A stretch of 62,842 nucleotides of DNA, the filler included, from Choristocarpus tenellus KU-1152 (lineage: Eukaryota > Protista > Phaeophyceae): the NCBI GenBank assembly GCA_964200185.2. It is 10 parts of 10 records of this genome, joined end to end, with 100 filler letters (N's around TTAATTAATTAA, not from the genome) between each part and the next. Parts side by side here need not be neighbours in the genome. Positions count along the whole stretch, not along the records: positions 1 to 4,378 come from CAXNAD020014832.1; positions 4,479 to 15,681 come from CAXNAD020002453.1; 8 more parts are not named here. One strand, 5' to 3'. The notes under the pieces were generated by a model, which made no database searches, was not told where the DNA came from, and saw only the letters and a list, made by a program, of their open reading frames with translations. Position numbers and translations under genes: made by a program. Position 1 is the first letter of the stretch, and the number at the start of each line of letters is the position of its first letter. Shown piece by piece: positions 1 to 11,900 of the stretch.

Positions 1-3
1 TAG

Positions 4-75
4 GAGGCATTTGTGAGGAAGGGTTTTATTGTGGAGAGTGTGAAGCAGAGTTTGGAGAGGCTGCAGGATGGCAGG
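4..75 (+). CDS. Possible isolated exon of an unknown gene (EAFVRKGFIVESVKQSLERLQDGR)
   Basis: TAG acceptor at 1-3, 24 open codons, donor GTAATG followed by a G-run like other introns here. No family recognised. Confidence 0.3.
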
Positions 76-2435
76 GTAATGCTGGGGAGGGGGGTGTGTG
101 TAAACATACGCATGGAACGCTGAGGTTGTTTTATGTGCCAACACGTGGGCAATGGGCCGGTTTCTACACATGTTGTCAAAAGCATGTCGCTCTCTCCTAG
201 GGTGTATGTATCTAATTGGGTGGAGTAGAAGGAGAGAGGCATCTTGGTATTTTTTTACAATGTTTTCCATTATTCTTTGAAGTTCTAGCTGTACAAGGTT
301 ACTGCAACACCCAAGTTGCATTTTTTTACTTCTCTTTTTTTTTTACTGATGCTTGTCACCTTATAGAACTCTACACTAAACAAGAGGCAACCTGTTGCAC
401 GTTGTTCCTAGTCTAAGGTCTCCAAGCCTGTCCATGGCAGCTTTTTTCAGTTTGTGTGATGTGTGTGTTTACATTTTTGCATGTGTATGATGATTTTTCA
501 GGGGATTGGTTTACTGTGTAGAGTAGCAAGAAACTTGTATAGTTGATTCCTGTCTTCCAGGGGTAAATGGCAGCAGAGGGATGTCATCATGCAAATGTTG
601 CCTTGTCCACCTGTTGGTGATTTTTCCTGTATATACACTCAGGAAGTGGAATTTGGTTGATTCTGATTTTTTGCTATTATCTTGTTGAGACACACGAGTG
701 TCATGTGATCCACTAACAGATGTTGTATCATGTTCATCCAAGAGCTGTGAAGATACACCCAACTTGCAGCACCAAATGTTTTGGCAACCAAGCACCAGAA
801 GTCAAGACAAGTCTTCCGCAAAAAATATCCTTGATAATCGCAGTCAACTGGTGAAGATACATACGTTGATTCTCCTCAACCTGCAGCTTTGCTTCCCTCA
901 TCGTTTCAGTCCTACTCTCTGAATTTGTCATTTGAGTCCATGAACGGCCCAATAAATATCATGGGGTAGATCAAGACTAGAAAAAAAATGAAATAGCTCA
1001 CAGGGAGAAGGGTTTATCACAAGCCAGTGCAATTCATCTCTGGTGTCTAATGAAAATCATGCAGTGAAATTATACTTCAAAATTTTATTGCGCAGTCTTT
1101 CTTCACCTTTTGAGTTTGTAGAGAGGAGTGTGGAAAAATATCAGGATTTTGAAACGACAGGTGTCCTATTGGTTAGGCAGTAACAAAAGGTCATCCATCC
1201 CAGAAAGTTAGCAGATGGCATTGTCTTACCGCAGTACCAATCAAGTAGAATATTTATCTCTTGCCCATTTGCCTGTCTCTCCTGGATAAAGATGTTTCTG
1301 TGTCAGATGCTTTACATTACCCCCCCATGCCATACTACCTTTGCACACTACAGATCATACTATACTACGTAATTAATCCTGCCCTGAAATATGCTACAAG
1401 TGATACAACACATCTAATCGGTCATACAGCTAGAGCTCCACTGCAAAACCATTACTGCTGCACACACTACCGCACTGTACACAACTGCATACCCTGCTGG
1501 GGCCACTGTGTGATCAGTGAGCAGATGCTTGTCTGGCACAATGTCCCTAGTGTGAAGAGCCTGTGTCTCTTTTCACACAATCATAAATTTCCACACCACC
1601 AAACCATGGAGTGTATTGTGTCTCACACACTATGCACCACAGGCAATACCTGCCAAGAGGAAGCAATATGTACCCCTCAAACAATGACTAGCACAAACTA
1701 CTCGAAAAGATCCTTTGCTGAAGAGCTTTCCTCCCTTGGTCCCCTAGTCAAACGAAGCATCGGTCCTCATTCTCCCCCGCACCCCCTGGCACAAGCGCAT
1801 CAACCTACCACAAGTCTTACATATCCAACAGTCTCTACCCCCTGCGACAACATGTTATGATACACCAGATTGAAGAGTAAGCATCATGTCAAATTGAGGA
1901 ATCTCTGTGCTCATCCTTGCCTTCCTATACCTTGTGGTTTTGTGTGTGTGTGTGTGCGCGGTGATCGAAATGCTAGATGCCTGTCTTGCATACCTAGTGC
2001 CTACCCCCGACTCTCCTCCTAGCATCGAAGCCTAAGACCTAAAACCCCATATGACAATGCATGTCAAAAACATGTGTAATCCTTGAAATCGGAACTAAAC
2101 TTAGCGGAAACTCTTGAGAAACAAAATCCGTGTACACTTTACCTACATGTTCAAGAAATTGCTGTCACCTCAAGATACTTGCATACCCAGGCAAACCCCC
2201 AGCGAAAAAAGTTAGTTTGCCTGTCAGGCAAGCGATGACATCCCTCTTATGACATCACTTTTCCTTTGTGCTCAGGCAAAAAATGTAAGACCTACTGCTG
2301 GACCCTGCCTGGGGAGGTGGGCGTCTTCTTTCCAATTTTCAAAGGGGTCAAGGTTCTCTCTCTCGATCCCACTGTCAGACAAAACCCTCAGCAACAAGAA
2401 CCACAAAAAAGGTTTCCCACTTGCTGTGCCATTAA

Positions 2436-3795
2436 TTAGTCCTCTTCATCGCCTTCGCTCTGCAACAGAAAAAGTGGTAAAAGATCAACAACAAACAAAA
2501 CAACACAAAGGCATTCGAAAAATATTAGAGGCGATTCTGCGGCAATATTTATTTTTCACATTAATCTCTGTCTGCCGCAGTCAAAAGTGAGACAGACGAG
2601 GTTCTTCTCATCCATATCCCTCCAAATCTCAAACTCGGAAATTGGCGTTATCATCAAATCTCTTTCTTGTTCCCTTTCACTCGTGTGTTATTGTGTGAAA
2701 GGGAAATTCAAAATGGATTTTTTTCATTGAGGTTCAGTGGAGACAACCTGAGGATCTCCCACAAGACACAAATGCGCAAGGAGTTAAAGAAAGAAAACAT
2801 CCATGCAGCTTCTTCCTACTGATGTATTGAAAAATGGACAAGGATGTGCAACTCTTTCCCTTGCAAACAATCCCTCTATTATGGTGTAGGTGTCTTGTCG
2901 AGATCATTTAAGGACGGAGAGGTGTGGGCTCTTGGTAGTCAAACTCTGCCATTACCAAAAGTAACTGCAACACCATTTGTACACAAACTTCCTTCAACAG
3001 GAAACTCCGCACTCTGTACCAACAAAAAAATTCTGAGCACTCAAAACACAGATACACACGCACTCAGACATAAGCCCAACATAACTCAAACAGAAAAGCA
3101 CTTCAACAAGATCAGGACTGTGTTGCTCATACACCATAAATAAAACAGGCAGGCTGTGGAAAAGTAGTGCAATGCAGGATGTAACGCAAACCTTCTGCCC
3201 ACAATTCTGAGGGTGTTAAGTCTGGTGGTGATTCTGGCAGATCATGAGAAGTACTTCCTGTATAACACCCACATACATGCACCAACACAGGTACCCACAC
3301 ACACCTACAGGTCCTTGAAAGGATTCACTGGAGGTGAAACAAAATTTAGGATTCCATCTTAAATCAGTACATATATAGGCTCCGGTTATAGATTTTCACT
3401 AATAGCCGGAGACACATCAAGTATGTTCCTACTGATGAAAGTTCTGTCAACGAACACAATAACAACCCTTTTTCTCACTTCCAAGTCTTCTTGCCTTTGT
3501 CACACACAGAAGTAGCTTGGTTAGGAACACAAACATTAAACCAAAACAACACCTATTATGACAAGTATGATTTGGTGCAATCAGATGCAATACCAAAAGA
3601 GGAAAGGGTCCAGTGTTAGTCAATATCCCCCGAGTTCGTGATAGATCTACCACTGCTCACCTCCTCTCCTTCCTCCTCATTCTCCCCCTCTTCTTCCTCC
3701 TCCTCCCCCTCCTCCTCCTCCTCCTTGGCAGGCTTTTTCTTTGTTTCCAACGCCATTGTCTCTGCAAATAACTTTGCAGCCTTCTTCTTATAGCC
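2436..3795 (-). CDS. 3' end of an acidic-tailed nuclear protein, probably HMG-box (HMGB-like); last two exons
   Basis: Exon 3795-3661 (GYKKKAAKLFAETMALETKKKPAKEEEEEGEEEEEEGENEEEGEE, CAG/GTGAGC) and exon 2459-2436 (SEGDEED*, CAG acceptor), phase 0. YKKKAAKL resembles HMG-box helix 3 followed by an acidic tail. Confidence 0.55.
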
Positions 3796-4378
3796 CTGTT
3801 GTGGTTGTATGCAGCATACTAGTTCATGATTGCATGCGTACAAGAGCAAGCAGGGGCTACAGAAACTAGTGTAGTGTTGTATACCATACCTTCAGAGTCT
3901 AGAACAGCACTTCAATACTGTCATCTACAGGATGACTTTGCTATATTGCACATACAAATAATGTAGACAAAGATCTTGATCAAGCACAAGTCCTAAGTCA
4001 CTGTATACTACTATAGAAATACAATGTGCTATTGTCCAGTCCCAGCAACATCAGTCAGCAAACCCTGGACCTAGATTACATGCACACCATCAAAACGAAA
4101 AAAGAGATAATACCAACCTTTGTGTGAGCAATAGTACCAACTGTCGCAAGTTTACTGCAGAATACAGCAGCACCTCAGCTCAAAACAAAGATGAATATAC
4201 TATATGCTGTACACGCTTCAAGTGTTGTGTTAGGAAACATTGTGAGACACCAATATTAGCAAGAACAATACTAAGATCAGGGGGGGGGGGGGGGGGGGGG
4301 GTCGCCGAAAAAACAAACACACGTGATGTTGGGGTTTAAAAAAAGGAAGGGGCGTTTGTTGGTTTTTTTTTTTTTCCG

Positions 4379-4478
4379 NNNNNNNNNNNNNNNNNNNNNN
4401 NNNNNNNNNNNNNNNNNNNNNNTTAATTAATTAANNNNNNNNNNNNNNNNNNNNNNNNNNNNNNNNNNNNNNNNNNNN
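4379..4478. other. Artificial contig linker N44-TTAATTAATTAA-N44 (also 15682-15781, 21920-22019, 25845-25944, 31001-31100, 35750-35849, 45669-45768, 51108-51207, 54919-55018)
   Basis: Nine identical 100-nt spacers with a palindromic all-frame stop cassette. Confidence 0.98.
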
Positions 4479-4540
4479 TCGCAACATTAGATTTTGACCC
4501 CCAAATGGACGCGGCTCTACCCTCTAAGATACTTTGGCTC
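4479..4540 (-). mobile_element. MITE family A, terminal fragment cut by contig start
   Basis: Ends TACCCTCTAAGATACTTTGGCTC, the family A TIR. Confidence 0.85.
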
Positions 4541-4899
4541 TCTTCAGTGCCCTTAACATGAATGAACAACAAGGCCTGGAAGGCGAGTTATGTAATATTC
4601 CCAAATGCACCATCTATACCGACACATGCAACTTAATGTACTTGCTCTGACAGTATATGTTTCCTCATGCACAACTTCAAAGTCTTTTCTCCCACAATGT
4701 TCAGTTTTCACCCCATCCCAACAATATCAAAACGCCTCGAATAGCTTCACCACCATGTGCTACCTATCGAAAAGCAACTTCCCGCTCAAATTGTGAGATG
4801 CCTCTTAACTTCAACTTCACCTCGTTTTTTTTCTGATCTCAGCAAGAATTGTAATAGTTATGACCATATGCCTACCTAATAGCTCCTTCCATATTACTT

Positions 4900-5650
4900 T
4901 CCTCCATCCCTGCCTTACTCCTTGCGGGTTGGGTTCAGCTCCTCCCTCGAATATTTGGCTGGATTCGTCTCAAAGTCTCTCCACGTTGACCTTGGTCGAG
5001 TGTTTTTGTTGTATAGGTATGTTGTTGGTACCAAGATGTCAGGTGACGGGTCAGGGTTGAGATATCTCGACTGGTTGGCGGGGAAGCATGGGTGTATGCT
5101 AGGCCTCCACTGCTGGTAAGGCCTCTCCCTAATATTGAAAGTCTCTGAATATACTTTGCATTTCTACATAATGTGATGTGATCCACTCGAGCAGCCAAAC
5201 GTCCACACTGACATGAGACGCCTTGGTGGCGAATCAACCACAGACCTGTAAACTGTGAGCCTGTAAGGTTCATAGTCACAAGGCGGCAATGGCTCAGCAA
5301 TGCTTATCATTTTCTGATGGCACCATGGGTGTTAAACTGGGTGCATCAAGGCAAAGCTAGGTACGCCTATGGGAGGAGGTCCCTCAGTTCTTGGACATTG
5401 CACCTGGTCAGGCAGGACCTTCCACCATACACACACAGAAAAATGCTCCTACTGTGACCTCTCCTTCAGGATGCGCATAGATCGTGTGGTTGCACATTTC
5501 GTCACAATTGATCAAGAAGGAGTTAAGTCTTTCCTAAATCTTCACCCAGATGGGTAGAGGTGGACATGAGGTACTGGGATGATATGAAGGCTAGGACCGC
5601 CACCAAAATGGATAGTAGAGTAAGTGAATCTTGTTCGTTCTTGCAAACAA
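4900..5650 (-). mobile_element. Decayed RLE-type (CRE/NeSL-like) non-LTR retrotransposon C-terminus
   Basis: Frameshifted minus-strand peptides in the expected order: TIHFGGG (post-RT LPxxxGGLG-like), LTGSQFTGLWLIRHQGVSCQCGRLAARVDHITLC (CCHC knuckle), then PDILVP (PD-(D/E)xK-like). Confidence 0.5.
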
Positions 5651-5983
5651 GGTTGCCTGATCCGCAGAAGGGATTGGAAAGGAATTTAAACCAGGCACAT
5701 GTACAAAATGGGAGTACGGCACACAACTATTCAGTGCCAACCTAGTCAACTATCGACATTAATATATTCGTTATCATTCTGATATATCGAAATACCTGCC
5801 AAGGATGGGAGAGAAGGCAAAAGCTCAATAACCTGATACCCGGCTGGCAGTCTAGGGTCAAAGTAGCCTACACCTGACATCTTCAATAGTCACACACAGG
5901 ATGACAGCCACGGGCTACACAGCACAGGCTACACAGCACAGTCAATCCGTTGAGATTGGCATGTGAAATACAATCAACGAAAC

Positions 5984-6077
5984 CAAACTTTGGTATTAAA
6001 TAGACTGTCGTCGAAGGGATTCGAACCCGGTCCAAAGTTTGGAATTAAAAATATTTTCGTCGAAGGGATTCGAACCA
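5984..6077 (-). repeat. Two ~48-bp tandem units, each containing a B-box/T-loop motif (GGTTCGAATCCCTTCGACGA on the minus strand)
   Basis: ccaaactttggtattaaa...tcgtcgaagggattcgaacc occurs twice. Confidence 0.7.
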
Positions 6078-6174
6078 CCCCCCCCCCTATCGCACTAACC
6101 TAATGCGCATATATATAGGCGTCATATCATTCACTGAGAAGGACGCCCAAAACTTACGAACTCATAAATAATAT

Positions 6175-6247
6175 CAGGCCTGGCCGGACTCGAACCGACA
6201 ATATCTGCCTTCGAAGGGCAGCGGCTTATCCATTAGCCTACAGGCCT
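6175..6247 (-). tRNA. trnR-UCG: tRNA-Arg(UCG), intronless
   Basis: Reverse complement folds as a full cloverleaf: acceptor AGGCCTG/CAGGCCT, D arm GGCT-AATGGATA-AGCC, anticodon arm CTGCC-CT TCG AA-GGCAG, T arm GTCGG-TTCGAGT-CCGGC, discriminator G. A T4 run lies about 25 nt downstream. Confidence 0.93.
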
Positions 6248-6304
6248 AACATATTGGAAATGTATCATTGGCATAGTTTATTATAAATTTCAAACAAAGA
6301 AATC

Positions 6305-6414
6305 TCCAACTCCGACACATTTCGGAGTAGGTAAAATGTAAAAAAAAACGTGGAAAGCCAAGCCTCAAATGGACAAACAGAGCAAAACTCTTACCCTCTA
6401 AGATAATTTCACTC
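6305..6414 (+). mobile_element. MITE family A, right-half fragment
   Basis: Internal hairpin remnant, caaatggacaaacag and right TIR ...ccctctaagataatttcactc. Confidence 0.85.
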
Positions 6415-6439
6415 ACTGGCAATCAGATCACCAGGAATG

Positions 6440-7300
6440 ATTCAAGGGGCTTTGGTGACCAGCCATGACACCGGCTCTAGAGCATCATAGTATTTCCCGT
6501 TTATATTATGACTGGATTGTCTACAACAGTATTGCAATGGTAGCAACAGAAACAAGTAAGGAGGAACCTGAAAACAAGTGAACCCATGCCTGGATGACCC
6601 TGCCAACACACAGTTCAAGAATTCCTGCACATTTAGGAAAGAGGAATATTAGTACCAAGACCAATGCTAGACAGACTATGCATTGGCAAGGTCGTCCAGA
6701 CAAGGGGCCATACATCCGTTGGCCTTGGAGGCACACAAAGATGTAACCCTCTTTTTTGGTCCCTTTGGCTTGTCTCCATTGCTGCCATCACTGTAGAACG
6801 CCCAGTCATAACAAAAGGGGGAAGTACTGTGAACTGTTGGAGTCAGTCTTGTGCCTGCTCCTCACCAACTGCGATCACCTTCTTGATGCTGGTGCAGGGA
6901 ATCTATTCGCCCGAATCATCCCTGATGGTATCGTTACAGGTGATCTTCCCACAAGGAAGGACCTACACTCAGCACATTCAAGATCACCATTGCATCTTAT
7001 GTGCTCTCAAAAGTCATGACCCCTTTCAAGGTGCCCATTGTTATCAGAACGCTCATTGATTGCTGAGGCCAAATCCCAGGTGGCTTGTGCCAAAAAAATT
7101 GGTGGAGTTTATGTCTTCTTGGTATGGTCCTTGTGGGCTCTCCGTTTGACAGGTGGTGTAGTATCCCCAATGGTAGGCCAGCAGTCATGTACTTTGCCTG
7201 CATTGGTGGGTAGAGGCCACAACCTCCCACATGTCCTGCAATGGTATGTCACCATGCTTGCCAGCTCTCTTTTGTGCAGATTCTGAAGATGTCCCAAATA
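6440..7300 (-). pseudogene. Decayed intronless ORF, possibly a retroelement N-terminal Zn-finger/RNase H-like region
   Basis: Frameshifted peptides YHCRTCGRLW...KVHDC and WAFYSDGS; same strand as, and upstream of, the RLE-LINE fragment. Confidence 0.3.
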
Positions 7301-7796
7301 GATGACTTGCGGAGATCCATATCCGATCTACCTTCAAAAATCTTGACCAGTGCAAATGTCTCTTGGCAGTTGATCACTCATAGTGAAGAACCGACTTAAG
7401 GATGAACTTTCACAAAGAGATTTACTCACCTTACCATATAGAGTGTAATTTATTGGATTAACATGTCAGACCAAGAAGTGGGAGGTTTCCTATACATGTA
7501 CTACTATGAAGTACATAGTACTACCATAATATGTTTGCTTTGTAACTAGCCAGCTCCCACTAAAATTCATCACGTACACCCAAGAAATAATCAAAGAAAA
7601 CCCCAAATCTTCACACTCTGGGCCCATGATGCCTTCAACTCTCATACAATCTCATACATTGCCCTTGGCATATTGCTCATCATAGGTGCACTGCCTATAG
7701 AGTGATAGAATATCTTCTCGTTGCACAGTACATTCTTTTTTTTCTAGCCTTTGTGGAAAAATTCCCAATACAAGTTTCCCTCTGTTATCCGACCAT

Positions 7797-8051
7797 GAGC
7801 CAAAGCATTTAAGAGGTTAGGAGTTTGCCCTGTTTGTCTGTTCAGGGCTTGTCTTCCCACTGGTTTTTTATGCCCTTTTTCGGTTTTCTTTGTGAACACA
7901 GTTACCTAAAATATATACAACTATGAAAAGTGTGTCTGGAGCAAGGATATTGACACTTCCTAACAAACACAGCCAAAATTACATAAAAAATGCAACATTG
8001 GATTTTGGACCACAAACGGATGCAGATGTACCCTCTTAAAAGCTTCGACTC
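7797..8051 (-). mobile_element. MITE family A (divergent subfamily), full length
   Basis: Ends GAGCCAAAGCATTTAAGAGG...CCCTCTTAAAAGCTTCGACTC; flanks CCAT/CCTT (4-bp TSD with one mismatch). Confidence 0.8.
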
Positions 8052-8967
8052 CCTTGTTAAGCCATATTGATGTGTTTTACAGGGGTCAGTCTGTGATCCA
8101 GTCCATTTGAAACCCCCGATGGTCCTGGACTGACCCTTTTTCTACATATTTCACACGCTAGCCCCCCACCAATCCTGTTAAGGCATACTTTGCTGGGACT
8201 AGCCCTCGACCCAGTCTGCCATGTTTATACCATCCAGTGAAAAGCCCCTGCAGCGTACAGAAATGAAATTGTGTTGTGCACTGTAAAGCAAATAGTCTAC
8301 GCAATATTGAGGACATACTACTAGTAGTAGATGAACTCAGGACATGTAGAACAACCTGTTCTCCATACAGTGTCCCAAGACCATTTACTATTATGTTCCT
8401 AAGTATAATAAAACGTTGAGTTGGGCCCAACACAATATTTTTTGGAGGTGACAGATCGACAAGTAGTGTGATTGCTGAATCCATCAAGCAAGAAGCAAGG
8501 CACAAAAGAAATCAACCCAATTAATTGTAGTGCAGAGTTAGATTCAACAATAGTTGAATTGAGAAGTAGTGCAGTGTGTAGTACCTCTGACCACAGGTCA
8601 GGATAGTTCCCAGACTAAAGTGAAGATAAAAAATAGAATCTATAATAACAATACTGGTAATAATTGTAATGAATACTACGTAGTATATCATGAACATTGG
8701 TATCCCCATACATTACAATAAAGTAAGTACGGTACAATACGGTACAATGCAGTACAATACAGTAGCCTATCATATACGCCTTCTGTAATTTTGTTCGGTT
8801 TGACCTGGATGTGATGAATAACTACTATGTTGATTCTAGTTGGGAGTGCCCCAGAGTTCTGCAAAGTAGTAACGGCTGGCTTGTCATACTATCCTCACAA
8901 TAGATACAGAACTGCACTCTATATGCCATTATAAGAAGCACAGCTATGTTCTCTTCTATTTCTCAAG

Positions 8968-11900
8968 GCTAGCACCACTCCCGACCGGTATCTTCTGAAT
9001 CAGGTTGGAGATATCGTAAAAGGATTTGATGACAAGGTTAAGGAAATGTCTGAGCTTCGTCTACAAGTTCAGGTGGCGGCTGCTTCGCAGGTATGACGTG
9101 CAGTGACGCAACTGGTCATCACAGTTGCCCCTCCTCATCCTCCCTCTTTCTCACTTTCATTTTTATTGTGACTTCCTCATTCCATCCTTTGTATCCAATC
9201 AAGTCGCTTCTTTCTCAACATTTTCATAATAGAAGGTGTAACATTTATTCTTCGACTCTCTCTCCCAATTCCACCTGGCCATGCTGCATGATGTGCTATC
9301 TTTCTGGGGGGATCTAGAAGAGCAATCGCTATCAAGTCCTCCCTCAAACTGAGAGAGACGTGCATGGTCTCTTCCGCCTGAACCTCAGCACAACCATGAT
9401 ATCTCTTGATTGTAGGCCTATGGAGCTCAACAATTAAATTGTCCCAGCATTGCAATTTTTAACTTCAACTAAGCTCAGTCCAGGTTCCTTTTTATTCCTC
9501 TCTCTTCTGCACACATTGTGTTCTCCAGGAGCTTTTACTTACACGCTTGGCCATGGGGATTATAGAACGAGAGGATGATGATGTGACCATGGAAAAGTTG
9601 GACAAGAGTCTAAGTGATCTCATGGAAAAGAAGGTGCCAACTAACAAGAAATGAGCCAAATTATCTTAGAGGGTAGTGCCACGTCCATTTGGGAACCAAA
9701 TTCCAATGTTGCGATTTTTATGTAATTTTTTGCTATCGTGTTTGTTAGGAAGTGTCAGTATCTATGTTTCAGACACACCTTTTGATAACGTAAACATTTT
9801 ACCTACTCCGAAACATTTTGGAGTAGAAAAATACCATAAAAAAGCCCATGGGAAGCCAAGCTCCAAATGGACAAACAGGGCAAAACTCATACCCTCTAAG
9901 ATACTTTCACTCAAATGTTCTCCTCCTGTTACAACTGCATGGTGGACAAGGGAATAGGCTCAGGGGGGACTTAATGGTTGGGTGTTGGGTTGCAGTTAGA
10001 GCTGTTAGAATTGATTCAAGAGAATTGCTTGAAATCACTGACTGTGTAAGGTATGGCCCATTGTGCTTCTTGCCGTGGTTGTATTTCTCATCCGGATATA
10101 CTGAAAATTCTTGTATGTGTTTTCCGTTAGCCTGCTCTTACGTAGAAATAATCGGTGACCATTTCTCTGAAGCAAGAGATGTTCCAATTTGTACTCAGCA
10201 TACCTCCTTGCACATAGAATAGGTTTGTGGCTAGGGTTTCAGGAGAAGGGGCCCCTAAATTCCTAGAATACAGCAGGGCATGTATGCACACCTGCAGACG
10301 CCTCTGTACTGTAGAACTCCTCGCAATTTCTGAACTCAACTATGTTCTCATCTACCTCGGAGGAATACATATTCTGTATCTCTACAATAAAGGGAGGGTG
10401 TATCCTCAAAATTGATAATCGAAAATAACCGTCCCTCCTGTTCCCTCCTGTTCTCTCCTGTTGTTCACATTGCAAAATACCATTAGAGTATCATGCTTAC
10501 TAAATGCTTCTGGGTACTTGATAGTACCCTGCAGTTTGCTCTTGACACCCTGAGGTTTAAATTGGGCCAGTTCGCATATTCTCAACCAATTTGAGAAATG
10601 GAAATAGACGGAGAGGTCAAGTCCACATTAATATCAACCCAGCAATTGAAGTTGTGACTGTGGTGGATGGACAACCTCATGACGTGGTTACATGTTGCTC
10701 ATGGACTTTCCGATGAGACTGGAATGGAGTGACTTCTTTGGCTCCATCGGTACAACTGAAGCCAAAGGCAGTCCCACATATCTCGAGGATGATGTTAGCC
10801 GCAAGAAGACAATATTTTGCACCAGGAGTTGTGAATATGTTGCACTGTCGTGTGTGGGTCTTGCATCACTACAACTGATATCCAAAAAAAGAAATGACAC
10901 CCACCAGTTCACCAAATCATGCTCACATTTTGGGCTAGTTGTGTGGGGAAGTGGGACCCATGCCTTGACTGATATCTTCTCCGTACTCCATACACTCGCG
11001 TACATAGTATGTTAAGACCTATTATCCCCACATGGAATGGTATGAATTGGTGGATCGCCCCAGTATGATGACTGGATTTAATGTGAACTTCTCTGAATGG
11101 CCTTATTATGTACTGACGGTACAACAGTTCCTGAAAGTCAGTTCAGGGAATGTACTATACTGTACTTTACATCATGCTCACTCATGGTACCCCACCCCAC
11201 CAGATAGACTATCAATAGATCCACCGTAGTCGGGCTTTGTGGGAAGAGGGAATTCAGTGTAAAGTCTTTGTGATACTCTTCTTCATGCTTCCTATTCATC
11301 CATGCACAACAGTGTACAATAAATTTGGCATTTTGCAGGCAGTTGCTCAGGAGCGGCTTGAGGGCTACCGGCTTCATGTGGAGATGTCTCGAGAGGAAAT
11401 AGAGGCTCTACAGGTAGGTTGAAGCACCTCTCCCTCAAATACAATATATCTTGTTCCTTGATTTTGGTGAAATAACAACTAACCAAGTGCGATCCCTTGT
11501 ATTGGTTGATGCTTTCTGGTGCTACTACTCTTGAGGCGTGAGAGGGGAAACTACCTCTCGAGTAACAATGAGTCGAGGTCAGCAATGTCAACTAGTTTTT
11601 GATATAAACGAGACCAATTGTCCAGTGCATCCTCCCTGAGAATGCCCTTGTGGCAGCACTACATCAATCTCTTTTTTTCATTCTCTGATGGCATGCATCA
11701 CCCCCAGATTTTCACGATGGTGTGCTCACAAGCACACTTCAATCCTCTCATTGGTACAAGTTCCTTTTTGTGAGGTATGTGATTTTTAACCCAAGATAAA
11801 AGGTCAACCAGTCAACGACTTGCTTTCATTTTTAATGTCACACTCCAAGGCTGAAGACCGCATGTTGGAGAGAAATTTCAAGAAGGAGATCCAGGAGGCG

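Noticed and set aside
1261-1860. 199-aa ORF in the track
   Set aside because: TTG start, no recognisable motif, His/Cys/Thr-rich composition typical of CA-rich non-coding DNA, and no splice support.
4379-4478. TTAATTAATTAA palindrome recurring nine times
   Set aside because: It is always centred in 44+44 N, so it is an artificial linker. Gene neighbourhoods across linkers were not interpreted.
8083-8136. 54-bp mini inverted repeat GGGTCAGTC...GACTGACCC resembling family C ends
   Set aside because: The stem is only 9 bp and there is no TSD, so it cannot be distinguished from chance.
9676-9957. Recurring similar small ORFs (also 13704, 25995, 34268, 42259, 49773, 55538) suggesting a peptide family
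   Set aside because: All are translations of MITE family A in varying frames, with no conserved reading frame.
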